From Nemertoderma westbladi (Eukaryota; Animalia; Xenacoelomorpha): DNA of 39,897 nucleotides. The position numbers and the translations under genes were made by a program. Position 1 is the first letter of the stretch; the number at the start of each line of letters is the position of its first letter. The DNA lies in assembly GCA_032718475.1 (NCBI GenBank), contig JAUCBJ010003460.1, forward strand, positions 1-39,897, given 5' to 3'. The notes below the pieces were generated by a model, which was not told the origin of the DNA, did no database searches, and worked only from the letters and a program-made list of their open reading frames with translations. Positions 11,449 to 23,600 of the stretch are shown here, one piece after another.

Positions 11449-11957
11449 TAATGTGGGGCGAGCCACGAAGTTGGCGGAGCCTTAGCGAATTGACACTGTT
11501 AGGGGGTGGGTCAATTTATGCAAATAGTTGTCGTCGTCGTTGTCGTCGTCGTCGTTGTCGTCGTCGTCGTCGTTACGATTTTGACATGCTAATAACTTTG
11601 TCGGATTTAAAGCTGCCAAGTTGAAAATTTGTAGGTATCAATATGAGCAAAAGTTGAGATTTTTGAGAGACTTTCAGACACCATCAGTGCAATGGTCTCC
11701 CGCTAGAGGGCCACATGTCTAAACATTAAATGCCCTCCCATTTCTTTGCTTTTAATCCGTTTAAGCTGAAACTTGGCAGATATGTATTAGACCATTAGCT
11801 GTGACTTTCAAAGGAGGCGAATCCATCTGCAGTTCTCCAGTCTGCCGCTAGAGGGCCAACGTGACAACGACAACTATTTGCATAAATTGACCCACCCCCT
11901 AACAGTGTCAATTCGCTAAGGCTTCGCCAACTTCGTGCTGCGCGAAGTCCCCACTTC
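11449..11957. mobile_element. Non-autonomous element with long subterminal inverted repeats and internal microsatellite (DINE-1/HINE Helentron-like or MITE)
   Basis: 71-bp inverted repeat at 11464-11534 / 11867-11937 with one mismatch; (CGT)n at about 11530-11575; duplicated CCGCTAGAGGGCCA; short terminal stem-loop CGAAGTCCCCACTTCG. Confidence 0.7.
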
Positions 11958-11977
11958 GTGTATGAATTGTGAATGGT

Positions 11978-12514
11978 ATGATGTATCTTGTTGCGATAAT
12001 CCGGATCACCATATTTTTTGTGATTGCAAGTTCAAGTAGTTATGCAAACACATCATTTACCGGAATATTCAAACAGGTTGTCGACTTATTTAGCAACGTT
12101 ATAGAACGAATTACTGACCTGGATGATGTTATCGATTGTACTTACTGCCGTGATGGCCAATTAACTGCCAGGAAAGGTCACCTTCCAACAGCCAATGGTT
12201 GCGGCGCTTACGGCATAGAAAAATATATATCCGACATTCCAATCCTAAAGGAATGTTGCGACGCTCACGATCTTTGCTACGATAACTGCGGCGCACCAAA
12301 ACGGGGTTGTGATCGCACCTTCTTCGAGTGTTTAACTCGCGTTTGCGATATGTTAAGCCGGTCTACCCAGTGGGAAGAGGATATTCACTCAAACTGTATC
12401 AAAGTAGCTGGTGTTATCAGACGTGCTACATCAGTACTCGCATGCGAAACGTATATAAATAGTCAGAAACGGGCTTGTCGTTGTATTAATTCAACCGGCA
12501 GCGCGGATCTGTAA
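11978..12514 (+). CDS. PLA2G12: Group XII secretory phospholipase A2-like protein, single exon
   Basis: Hydrophobic signal peptide; Ca-loop ANGCG; catalytic CCDAHDLCYDNCG; CDRTFFECL; C-terminal CETYINSQKRACRC typical of group XII. AATAAA near 12605. The ATG at 11978 is preferred over the GTG at 11969. Confidence 0.88.
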   Translation: MMYLVAIIRITIFFVIASSSSYANTSFTGIFKQVVDLFSNVIERITDLDDVIDCTYCRDGQLTARKGHLPTANGCGAYGIEKYISDIPILKECCDAHDLCYDNCGAPKRGCDRTFFECLTRVCDMLSRSTQWEEDIHSNCIKVAGVIRRATSVLACETYINSQKRACRCINSTGSADL

Positions 12515-13568
12515 TAACTTAGGACGGTCACTATTAATATCGGCTCAACTTGTAGAATTTCAGAGAGTGTGCAGAGAGTTGTAGAATTTATTTTCATTTT
12601 CATAAATAAAACTATTTCATTAGAAGTGCCTCACACAAATATATTGAATTTACGAACATTGCAGCATTGGTGGTTGTTTTACAATCCGATTTTGCGAACT
12701 ACCGATAGAGGAGTTGATTTAAGGTGTCTATCTATGGTGTCAATTTACCATCAGTAGTGGTGTACGTATACAGTTAAAGTGTATGGTAGTTATACTTTCC
12801 CTTCCGGTAGGCTGCTAGACAAGGTTGGGTTCGTGTTGCTTTATAAAGAATCAAAGCCTCTGCATATTGTTAATCGACACTTCACAGTGAAAAATAGCAT
12901 GTATTCAGTAATATTATCAGTTTATAAATATTATTTTAATTATGACGTATCGTCTTTCAATGTGTTCTTTCTTTTTCCCGGTCAAGAAATTATCCTGCCA
13001 TGTACTAGTACCCCTTAGCAGAGTAAACTGCTCTTTGGGGCCGTTTCCCAGGTTGCGGATCGGGATAACATTTCACATATCGCACGATTTGTGATTGTGA
13101 TTTGTCTGCTTATACTGTACGAGTGTGTATTACATTAGGCGGGAGTCAGTTTGTTTGGTTGATACAAGTCATTATTGGTTTGCATCATCCAATCCCATCT
13201 GTTTTTATGGAGTCTGTGTGATACATGCTCGTTACGGCGGCGGCGACAGAATCCATATACTGAGAGGTCAGCCTCGGGGCCGCTCAGTATACGTGCAGGT
13301 TGGGGGTGCCGACGGTACGCAAGTACACACCACCTTCCTTTAACTTATTTGACGTGGTTGGTTCGCGAGAATTATTATGTTATAAACAATTCCATAAGAA
13401 AGGATGACAAGGTGCCTTGTATCGAATGGTAGGAGTAGGGTGTGTTTTTGTTAAACGCTAAGAAATTGCAGAGAAATATGTTATAAGGAGACAGGGGGGG
13501 GGGGGGGAACTGGACGCAAAACTCGCCTTAGCGAATTAATATCCCGCCTCAATGCTAATTTCTCAATT

Positions 13569-13734
13569 TAGGGAAAGGAGCAGGTTACAGTGGAACGATA
13601 TTTTAACCAAAACAATAAACTAAACACAATAGAACTGGTTACAGTTTTATTTTTGCTCTTAAACAGCTGTTATTTGCGTCCAATCCCCCTGGAGAGGGAT
13701 GAATTTTTATTGCGTCCAGTTTCCCCCCTATCTG
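13569..13734 (+). repeat. Copy of the ~160-bp dispersed repeat family
   Basis: TAGGGAAAGGAGCAGGTTACAGTGG...AACCAAAACAATAAACTAAA...CCCCTGGAGAGGGATGA...CCCTATCTG. Confidence 0.65.
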
Positions 13735-14170
13735 GTTTTAAGATAGTGAGGGAAGCAAATTTAAATAATAGCCATTCGTTCTTTAGTTCTAATAAAAATA
13801 TAGCTTATATGATAATAATAATAATAATACTGTTAGTTTAAGTTTATATGGCGTATGTCATGTGGCTCGCAACTTTGAATTGCTTGCTTCTTTTTGTTCA
13901 CTCACATAAGCTTTTCTTGTACAATGTACAATGTTATGGTTTCTACAATGGACTGATCTATGCCCGGCATTACAGCAAGGTGTAGTTCTTAGCAGAACTC
14001 AGTAGAATTTACTATGAGAATTCAAAGTGCCGGTTAACCGGATCATCAAATCTTAAACAGAATATTCCATAATGATTTACTCCCTAAAACAACAACAACG
14101 ATAACTTCTACATTCCTTTTCGTTCGGAAATTTCTTCACATTTTAACAAAAGTAACAATCGCGTTTATGT

Positions 14171-14429
14171 GAGAAGTGGCTACTGACCGGACCCTCTAAA
14201 TACCGTATTGAAGCTTTATATTTGATTTATATTTTACTTGTGTATTATTGACCGGACCATTATTACAACAATTAAGTAACCTGCATAATCTTGTAACATG
14301 TGTTAACTTTCGTTTATTGTTTTGGTTCCCCAACAGCCAACACGCCTCTGTAACCTTCTCCTTTACTAACCTGCTCCTTAGCAATGGGTCCGGTCAATTG
14401 AGCAATGTGACTGGTCAGTAGCCTTTGCC
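14171..14429. mobile_element. Small degenerate MITE
   Basis: GGCTACTGACCGG ... CTGGTCAGTAGCC inverted ends, internal ATTGACCGGACC / GGTCCGGTCAAT, and flanks gtttatgt / gtttatct. Confidence 0.5.
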
Positions 14430-14531
14430 GTTTATCTTGGTTAATAACGGTTTTCCGTTTTAATTTCAGCTTGAGGAATAGACATTAAGTCAATGAAGAA
14501 TTAATTAATATTCTTATCATTTTATATCCAG

Positions 14532-14656
14532 GTAGCAGATCTCGGTAATCCTAAAACTAAGAAAGGTAAAGATGCGCCACAATTTTATGAGGTTTGTGAG
14601 ACGGTAAAGCGAGTGTTGGATGCGAACCAGGAAATACACCCTAACCTATTGGCGAG
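14532..14656 (+). CDS. SPAG17: SPAG17 exon A
   Basis: tatccag|[23 protein letters not shown]...LLA|gtcagt; ends phase 2. Confidence 0.88.
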
Positions 14657-17600
14657 GTCAGTAACTATTGGTTTCTGGAGTCATACAGTAGTTGAGTCTT
14701 CCACATAAAATCGCAAGTTTTAATACAAATTCGGTTGGAAACCAGAAATTCATCCCGCTATAATTATTAATTCCCCCCGGCTACCTAATTTTAACAGCAT
14801 TGTTATTTGTTTACAGATTATTAAAATTTAAATTACTGGCTATAAAACAGGCGGATCTAAAGAGGAGAGAAGATGAAAAAAAGGCTGCAATTGCTAAGCT
14901 GAGTAAAACATCAGTTACATCAAAAGGCGGTAAGGTTAGTACCTAAAACATCAGTTACATCAAAAGGCGGAAAGGTTTGTACCTAAAACATCAGTTACAT
15001 CAAAAGGTGGTAAGGTTAGTACCTAAAACGTCAGTTACATCAAAAGGCGGAAAGGTTAGTACCTAAAACATCATTTACATCAAAAGGCGGTAAGGTTAGT
15101 ACCTAAAACATCAGTTACATCAAAAGTCGGTAAGGTTAGCACCTAAAACATCAGTTACATCAAAAGTCGGTAAGGTTAGTACCTAAAACATCAGTTACAT
15201 CAAAAGGCGGTAAGATTAGTACCTAAAACATCAGTTACATCAAAAGGCGGTAAGGTTAGTACCTAAAACATCATTTACATCAAAAGGCGGTAAGGTTAGT
15301 ACCTAAAACATCAGTTACATCAAAAGGCGGTAAGATTAGTACCTAAAACATCAGTTACATCAAAAGGCGGAAAGGTTAGTACCTAAAACATCAGTTACAT
15401 CAAAAGGCGGAAGGTTAGTACCTAAAACATCAGTTACATCAAAAGGCGGAAAGATTAGTACCTAAAACATCAGTTGCATCAAAAGGTGGTAAGGTTAGTA
15501 CCTAAAACATCAGTTACATCAAAAGGCGGAAAGGTTAGTACCTAAAACATCAGTTACATCAAAAGGCGGAAAGGTTAGTACCTAAAACATCAGTTACATC
15601 AAAAGGCGGAAATGTTAGTACCTAAAACATCAGTTACATCAAAAGGCGGTAAGGTTAGTACCTAAAACATCAGTTACATCAAAAGGCGGAAAGGTTAGTA
15701 CCTAAAACATCATTTACATCAAAAGTCGGTAAGGTTAGTACCTAAAACATCAGTTACATCAAAAGGCGGTAAGGTTAGTACCTAAAACATCAGTTACATC
15801 AAAAGGCGGCAAGGTTTGTACCTAAAACATCAGTTACATCAAAGGGCGGAAAGGTTAGTACCTAAAACATGTTATGTACATTAAAAGGTAGGGTTATGTG
15901 GTATTTGTGTGACAACACCCAAAATCCGTGACAAACACTGTCACTGTTAAATAATTTAATTCTACGGTTAAAAATGCCACAATCATTGTGAATCACAGTA
16001 GATCAAAATAATTCTACCCGGTTTCGGCTCCGCATATCGCCGACAAGTTAGATGAGTTAGCCTGGTGACAAACACTCATATCATGGAATTCAGGTGTTGA
16101 TCCTGTATAGTTATGGTGGAATTTCTTTCTTAAATTCATGATATTATTATTGGACGCAGTATCGCAGTAGAAAACGTTTGCGCGCTTAATTTTATATAAT
16201 CAAGAACACTAAAGGTGTTGCGTATGCGTATTGGTCCCATAGTCCGCAGTTTGTAGAGGTCGTAGACAGGATTTTATAAAGAGGCGTTAAAGTAATACCT
16301 CTATATTTTTTGGTAGTTTATAAATTAAATATACGTACTGTAAGTTTCCAGTAAGTCTTCTAGGGTATTATTATAATTTATATTAATCTATTTTTCTCTG
16401 CTCTTTAGGATGCCAAAGGTAAACCGAAGTCAGCAGCAAAGGGGGGTGCCAAGGGGAAAAAGGTGGAAGATAATTTACCGCCCGCGCCCAAAAAGGTATC
16501 GAATTTAAAGAAGAGAGGGGAAGAGGCGGATGAGGGGCGGTACATTGATGATGAACCCGATGATGGAGTTCAACATTACATTCTAGTCGAAGGATTTAAC
16601 AATGGCGGTCTCATACATGCGCTGTCTGCAATAGGTTAGTTAGAAAGTACTACTACTACGATCGGTATGCTGCATTGCAGCTGCATTGTGTATATATTAC
16701 GTATATATTAAGAATGATGTGCCGGCTTGTCGACAAAATTGCGCCGCCGCAACTCCCTATCACCCATGACATTTGCTAGATCATCCGCATCTTCAAGGCC
16801 AGTGTCCTTTAAGATGCGTCTCAAGAAAGTCATGGGCTTTCCACCATTCTTATTCACTCCACGAGGGCGCCAAAGCACAGGATTATGCACTGGCTGGTCC
16901 TCACGGCGAAAGCAATGTCCTGCAAAGCGGAGGCGGTTCCGTTCAAGTGTCAAGCTAGGGGAGATTAATGGAACACCTCCAATGTTGTATAGAGTCTGAT
17001 TGGAGATGTGTGCATTGTACTTGACACAGTGACCCCGACGACCTTCAAAACAGTAGTACGTAAATAAATACATAATAATTACAAATACAATAAATACAAG
17101 TACAATAAAAACAAAACTCGTTTCCCATAATTAAACATTTAACACATTGTGAGAAACCGCTCGCTGCTAATGGGTTCTAAGGAAACATAAACACGCTAAC
17201 TTAGAATGTTTTAATAGAATAGATGGTGAGAGATGACGAAAAAGGTATTGAAATCATGAAATAAAATTATAAGGTGTTTTGCCATTCAATGTAAGCGGAT
17301 TTATTGGAGATTATGGTGTTTATTTAACCAATGGTTCTGGTTTCATTTTTGTTCTGCAAGTATGTTTTATGTAGCATTTTGTATTACGTATTATTAGTTA
17401 GAGCTTGTTACAGTAGTTGGGGTGTATTGCCAAGTTAATAAGATGATACGATAATAAGATAATAATGCGATGAATGGTGTAAAATTAATTCCTTCCCAAA
17501 TAAAAACAAAAAGGAACATATTTATTTTACTTCAAATCATGCTAACAGCTATGATATAGTATCATTAAAAGCAATTTAAAATAACTTTTAATATACATTT

Positions 17601-20600
17601 TAATCATCAGCGTTCTATAACGCCAATCAACGAATTACTTCGATTAGCTTTCTAACTAAACTATAGAAGTGATTGGTTTACATTTACAGTTTAAGCAACG
17701 CGTTCCAGAACACCAGATATGTTGTTCTTGTTATGCATTATTGGTCCTGTCGTATTAGTTCTTGAATTCTCTCTATTGGAACTCCATTTGGTCGCCCAAT
17801 TGGTACAGGTATCCCACTACAACCACCCAAGCCGAGGTCCAACTACGAAACACCCTTCCCAGTTCCCATTTCACCTTCCGTTGGAATAACGAATAAAAAA
17901 GCGTATAGCTTCAACGGAGTCATGGCGCAAAATTACCGCAAACACGATATGTGTTTAGTGGGTTTGAAAAATTAATTTAATCTAAAACATTAAGGGAAAG
18001 TAGCCGGTTGCATTGGGGGTGTTTTCGAACCAAAACAATAAACTAGACTTTATTTCACTTGCGGTCAATGTGCGCCACTATCTGCTCTACTTCCTGGTAA
18101 TTGTCAAACTCCACATCGCATTTCCCCTTAAAACTTACAACGATAGACTCTTAGTTGTTGAAAAGAGTAAATTTCCGAACAAAAATCAATACAACTGTTT
18201 TAACTAGATAATAATAATTAATGCCAAAGTGAAAATAAAATAACTGAAATTATTTTCTCGCCCAACAGAGTTGCCTTTAAATAGTGTAAAAAATATTATT
18301 AAATGATAAAGGATATTACTTATTCTGATTGGTCAATTCCTTAAATAATTGATTGGCTTTAAAATAAAAGCACCAGGCAAAAAACCCTAACTCTAGGACA
18401 GGGTCATTTTGTCAACTGAATTAACAAGGCAAGGCACCCTATTTGGTCGAATTTAGATATGGAGTGTTTTGCCTCGAAGCAGTTGATTTGAGACGCAGCC
18501 ATGGGGTGTTTTAAGATTGACAAAGTCCTATTTCGTCAACGGAACACCCCACTTTTCTAGGTTTCATTCAAAAGAGCGTCAAAGTTAAATTTTTTTTGAA
18601 AATTTCGAGATAGGGTGTATTGCCAAAGAACGGCAGCGTATGCGTGACCACAAGAGCCAAAACACCCAACCACTTCAACATCACTATGCAGGGATCACTT
18701 GTTTCTAGGTTTACTCTACTTGTGTATTCTCTACTTGTGTTTACTCTACTAGTGTGTACTCTATTAGTGTTTACTATACTAGTGTTTACTCTACTAATGT
18801 TTACTCTACTTGTGTTTTCTCTACTAGTGTTTACTCTACTAGTGTTTACTCTACTAGTGTTTACTCTACTTGTGTTTACTCTACTAGTGTTTACTCTACT
18901 AGTGTTTACTCTACTAATGTTTACTCTACTTGTGTTTTCTCTACTAGTGTTTACTCTACTAGTGTTTACTCTACTAGTGTTTACTCTACTTGTGTTTTCT
19001 CTACTAGTGTTTACTCTACTAGTGTTTACTCTACTAGTGTTTACTCTACTAATGTTTACTCTACTTGTGTTTACTCTACTAGTGTTTACTCTACTAGTGT
19101 TTACTCTACTAGTGTTTACTCTACTAGTGTTTACTCTACTAGTGTTTACTCTACTAGTGTTTACTCTACTAGTATTTACTCTACTAGTGTTTACTCTATT
19201 AGTGTTTACTCTATTAGTATTTACTCTTCTAGTATTTACTCTACTAGTGTTTACTTTACTAGTGTTTACTCTACTAGTGTTTACTCTACTAGTGTTTACT
19301 CTACTAGTGTTTACTCTACTAATGTTTACTCTACTTGTGTTTTCTCTACTAGTGTTTACTCTACTAGAGTTTTCTCTACTAGTGTTTACTCTACTAGTGT
19401 CTACTCTACTAGTGTTTACTCTATTAGTATTTACTCTTCTTATATTTACTCTACTAGTGTTTACTTTATTAGTGTTTACTCTACTAGTGTTTACTCTACT
19501 AATGTTTACTCTACTAGTGTTTACTCTACTAGTGTTTACTCTACTAGTGTTTACTCTACTTGTGTTTACTCTACTAGTGTTTACTCTACTAGTGTTTACT
19601 CTACTAATGTTTACTCTACTTGTGTTTTCTCTACTAGTGTTTACTCTACTAGTGTTTACTCTACTAGTGTTTACTCTACTTGTGTTTACTCTACTAGTGT
19701 TTACTCTACTAGTGTTTACTCTACTAGTATTTACTCTACTAGTGTTTACTCTATTAGTGTTTACTCTATTAGTATTTACTCTTCTAGTATTTACACTACT
19801 AGTGTTTACTTTACTAGTGTTTACTCTACTAGTGTTTACTCTACTAGTGTTTACTCTACTAGTGTTTACTATACTAGTGTTTACTCTACTAATGTTTACT
19901 CTACTTGTGTTTTCTCTACTAGTGTTTACTCTACTAGTGTTTACTCTACTAGTGTTTACTCTACTTGTGTTTACTCTACTAGTGTTTACTCTACTTGTGT
20001 TTACTCTACTAGTGTTTACTCTGCTTGCGTTTACTCTGCTTGCGTTTACTCTACTAGTGTTTACTCTACTAGTGTTTACTCTACTAGTGTTTACTCTACT
20101 AGTGTTTACTCTACTAGTGTTTACTCTACTAGTGTTTACTCTACTTGTGTTTACTCTACTAGTGTTTACTCTACTTGTGTTTACTCTACTAGTGTTTACT
20201 CTACTTGTGTTTACTCTACTTGTGTGTACTCTACTTGTGTTTACTCTACTAGTGTTTACTCTGCTTGCGTTTACTCTGCTTGCGTTTGCTCTTCTTGTGT
20301 TTTCTCTACTAGTGTTTACTCTACTAGTGTTTATTCTATTAGTGTTTACTCTACTAGTGTTTACTCTTCTAGTGTTTACTATACTAGTGTTTACTCTACT
20401 AGTGTTTGCTCTACTAGTGTTTACTCTACTAGTGTTTACTCTACTTGTGTTTACTATACTAGTGTTTACTCTACTAGTGTTTACTCTACTAGTGTTTACT
20501 CTACTAGTGTTTACTCTACTAGTGTTTACTCTACTAGTGTTTACTCTACTAGTGTTTACTCTACTTGTGTTTACTCTACTAGTGTTTACTCTACTTGTGT

Positions 20601-23600
20601 TTACTCTACTAGTGTTTACTCTGCTTGCGTTTACTCTGCTTGCGTTTACTCTACTAGTGTTTACTCTACTAGTGTTTACTCTACTAGTGTTTACTCTACT
20701 AGTGTTTACTCTACTTGTGTTTACTCTACTAGAGTTTTCTCTACTAGTGTTTACTCTACTAGTGTTTACTCTACTAGTGTTTACTCTACTAGTGTTTATT
20801 CTATTAGTGTTTACTCTACTAGTGTTTACTCTTCTAGTGTTTACTATACTAGTGTTTACTCTACTAGTGTTTACTCTATTAGTATTTACTCTGCTTGTGT
20901 TTACTCTACTAGTGTTTACTCTTCGAGTGTTTACTCTACTAGTGTTTACTCTACTAGTGTTTACTCTACTAGTATTTACTCTACTAGTGTTTACTCTATT
21001 AGTGTTTACTCTATTAGTATTTACTCTTCTAGTATTTACTCTACTTGTGTTTACTCTACTAGTATTTACTCTACTAGTGTTTACTCTACTAGTGTGTACT
21101 CTATTAGTATTTACTCTACTAGTGTTTACTCTATTAGTGTTTACTCTATTAGTATTTACTCTACTAGTGTTTACTCTACTAGTGTTTACTTTACTTGTGT
21201 TTACTCTACTAGAGTTTTCTCTACTAGTGTTTACTCTACTAGTGTTTACTCTACTAGTGTTTACTCTACTAGTGTTTATTCTATTAGTGTTTGCTCTACT
21301 AGTGTTTACTCTTCTAGTGTTTACTATACTAGTGTTTACTCTACTAGTGTTTACTCTATTAGTATTTACTCTGCTTGTGTTTACTCTACTAGTGTTTACT
21401 CTTCTAGTGTTTACTCTACTAGTGTTTACTCTACTAGTGTTTAATCTACTAGTATTTACTCTACTAGTGTTTACTCTATTAGTGTTTACTCTATTAGTAT
21501 TTACTCTTCTAGTATTTACTCTACTTGTGTTTACTCTACTAGTATTTACTCTACTAGTGTTTACTCTACTAGTGTGTACTCTATTAGTATTTACTCTACT
21601 AGTGTTTACTCTACTTGTGTTTACTCTACTTGTGTTTACTCTACTAGTGTTTACTCTACTAGTGTTTACTCAACTAGTGTTTACTCTACTAGTGTTTACT
21701 CTACTAGTGTTTACTCTACATGTGTTTACTCTACTAGTGTTTACTCTACTAGTGTTTACTCTATTAGTGTTTACTCTATTAGTATTTACTCTTCTAGTAT
21801 TTACTCTACTTGTGTTTACTCTACTAGTATTTACTCTACTAGTGTTTACTCTACTAGTGTGTACTCTATTAGTATTTACTCTACTAGTGTTTACTCTACT
21901 TGTGTTTACTCTACTTGTGTTTACTCTACTAGTGTTTACTCTACTAGTGTTTACTCAACTAGTGTTTACTCTACTAGTGTTTACTCTACTTGTGTTTACT
22001 CTACTAGTGTTTACTCTACTAGTGTTTACTCTACTAGTGTTTACTCTACTTGTGTTTACTCAACTAGTGTTTACTCTACTAGTGTTTACTCTACTAGAGT
22101 TTTCTCTACTAGTGGTTACTCTACTAGAGTTTTCTCTACTAGTGGTTACTCTACTAGTGTTTACTCTACTAGTGTTTACTCTACTAGTGTTTACTCTACT
22201 TGTGTTTACTCTACTTGTGTGTACTCTACTAGTGTTTACTCTACTAGTGGTTACTCTGCTTGCGTTTACTCTACTAGTGTTTACTCTACTTGTGTTTACT
22301 CTACTAGTGTTTACTCTACTTGTGTTTATTCTACTTGTGTTTACTCTACTAGAGTTTTCTCTACTAGTGGTTACTCTACTAGTGTTTACTCTACTAGTGT
22401 TTACTCTACTTGTGTTTACTCTACTAGTGTTTACTCTACTTGTGTTTACTCTACTAGTATTTACTCTACTAGTGTTTACTCTATTAGTGTTTACTCTATT
22501 AGTATTTACTCTTCTAGTATTTACTCTACTTGTGTTTACTCTACTAGTATTTACTCTACTAGTGTTTACTCTACTAGTGTGTACTCTATTAGTATTTACT
22601 CTACTAGTGTTTACTCTACTTGTGTTTACTCTACTTGTGTTTACTCTACTAGTGTTTACTCTACTAGTGTTTACTCAACTAGTGTTTACTCTACTAGTGT
22701 TTACTCTACTAGTGTTTACTCGACTTGTGTTTACTCTACTAGTGTTTACTCTACTAGTGTTTACTCAACTAGTGTTTACTCTACTAGTGTTTACTCTACT
22801 AGTGTTTACTCGACTTGTGTTTACTCTACTAGTGTTTACTCTACTAGTGTTTACTCTACTAGTGTTTACTCTACTTGTGTTTACTCTACTAGAGTTTTCT
22901 CTACTAGTGTTTACTCTACTAGTGTTTACTCTACTAGTGTTTACTCTACTAGTGTTTACTCTACTTGTGTTTACTCTACTAGTGTTTACTCTACTAGTGT
23001 TTACTCTACTAGTGTTTACTCTACTAGTGTTTACTCTACTAGTGTTTACTCTACTTGTGTTTACTCTACTAGAGTTTTCTCTACTAGTGTTTACTTTACT
23101 AGTGTTTACTCTACTAGTGTTTACTCTACTTGTGTTTACTCTACTAGTGTTTACTCTACTTGTGTTTACTCTACTAGTGTTTACTCTACTAGTGTTTACT
23201 CTACTAGTGTTTACTCTACTTGTGTTTACTCTAGTAGTGTTTTCTCTACTAGTGTTTACTCTACTAGTGTTTACTCTACTTGTGTTTACTCTACTAGTGT
23301 TTACTCTACTTGTGTTTACTCTACTTGTGTTTTCTCTACTAGTGTTTACTCTACATGTGTTTACTTTACTAGTGTTTACTCTACTAGTGTTTACTCTACT
23401 TGTGTTTACTCTACTAGTGTTTACTCTACTAGTGTTTACTCTACTTGTGTTTACTCTACTTGTGTTTTCTCTACTAGTGTTTACTCTACATGTGTTTACT
23501 TTACTAGTGTTTACTCTACTAGTGTTTACTCTACTTGTGTTTACTCTACTAGTGTTTACTCTACTAGTGTTTACCCTACTTGTGTTTACTCTACTTGTGT

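Noticed and set aside
11427-11624. Arg-rich protamine-like ORF
   Set aside because: Translation of the (CGT)n microsatellite inside the inverted-repeat element.
12569-14384. Short ORFs as possible first SPAG17 exons or small genes
   Set aside because: No resemblance to the recalled SPAG17 N-terminus or any family I recognise; several overlap repeats.
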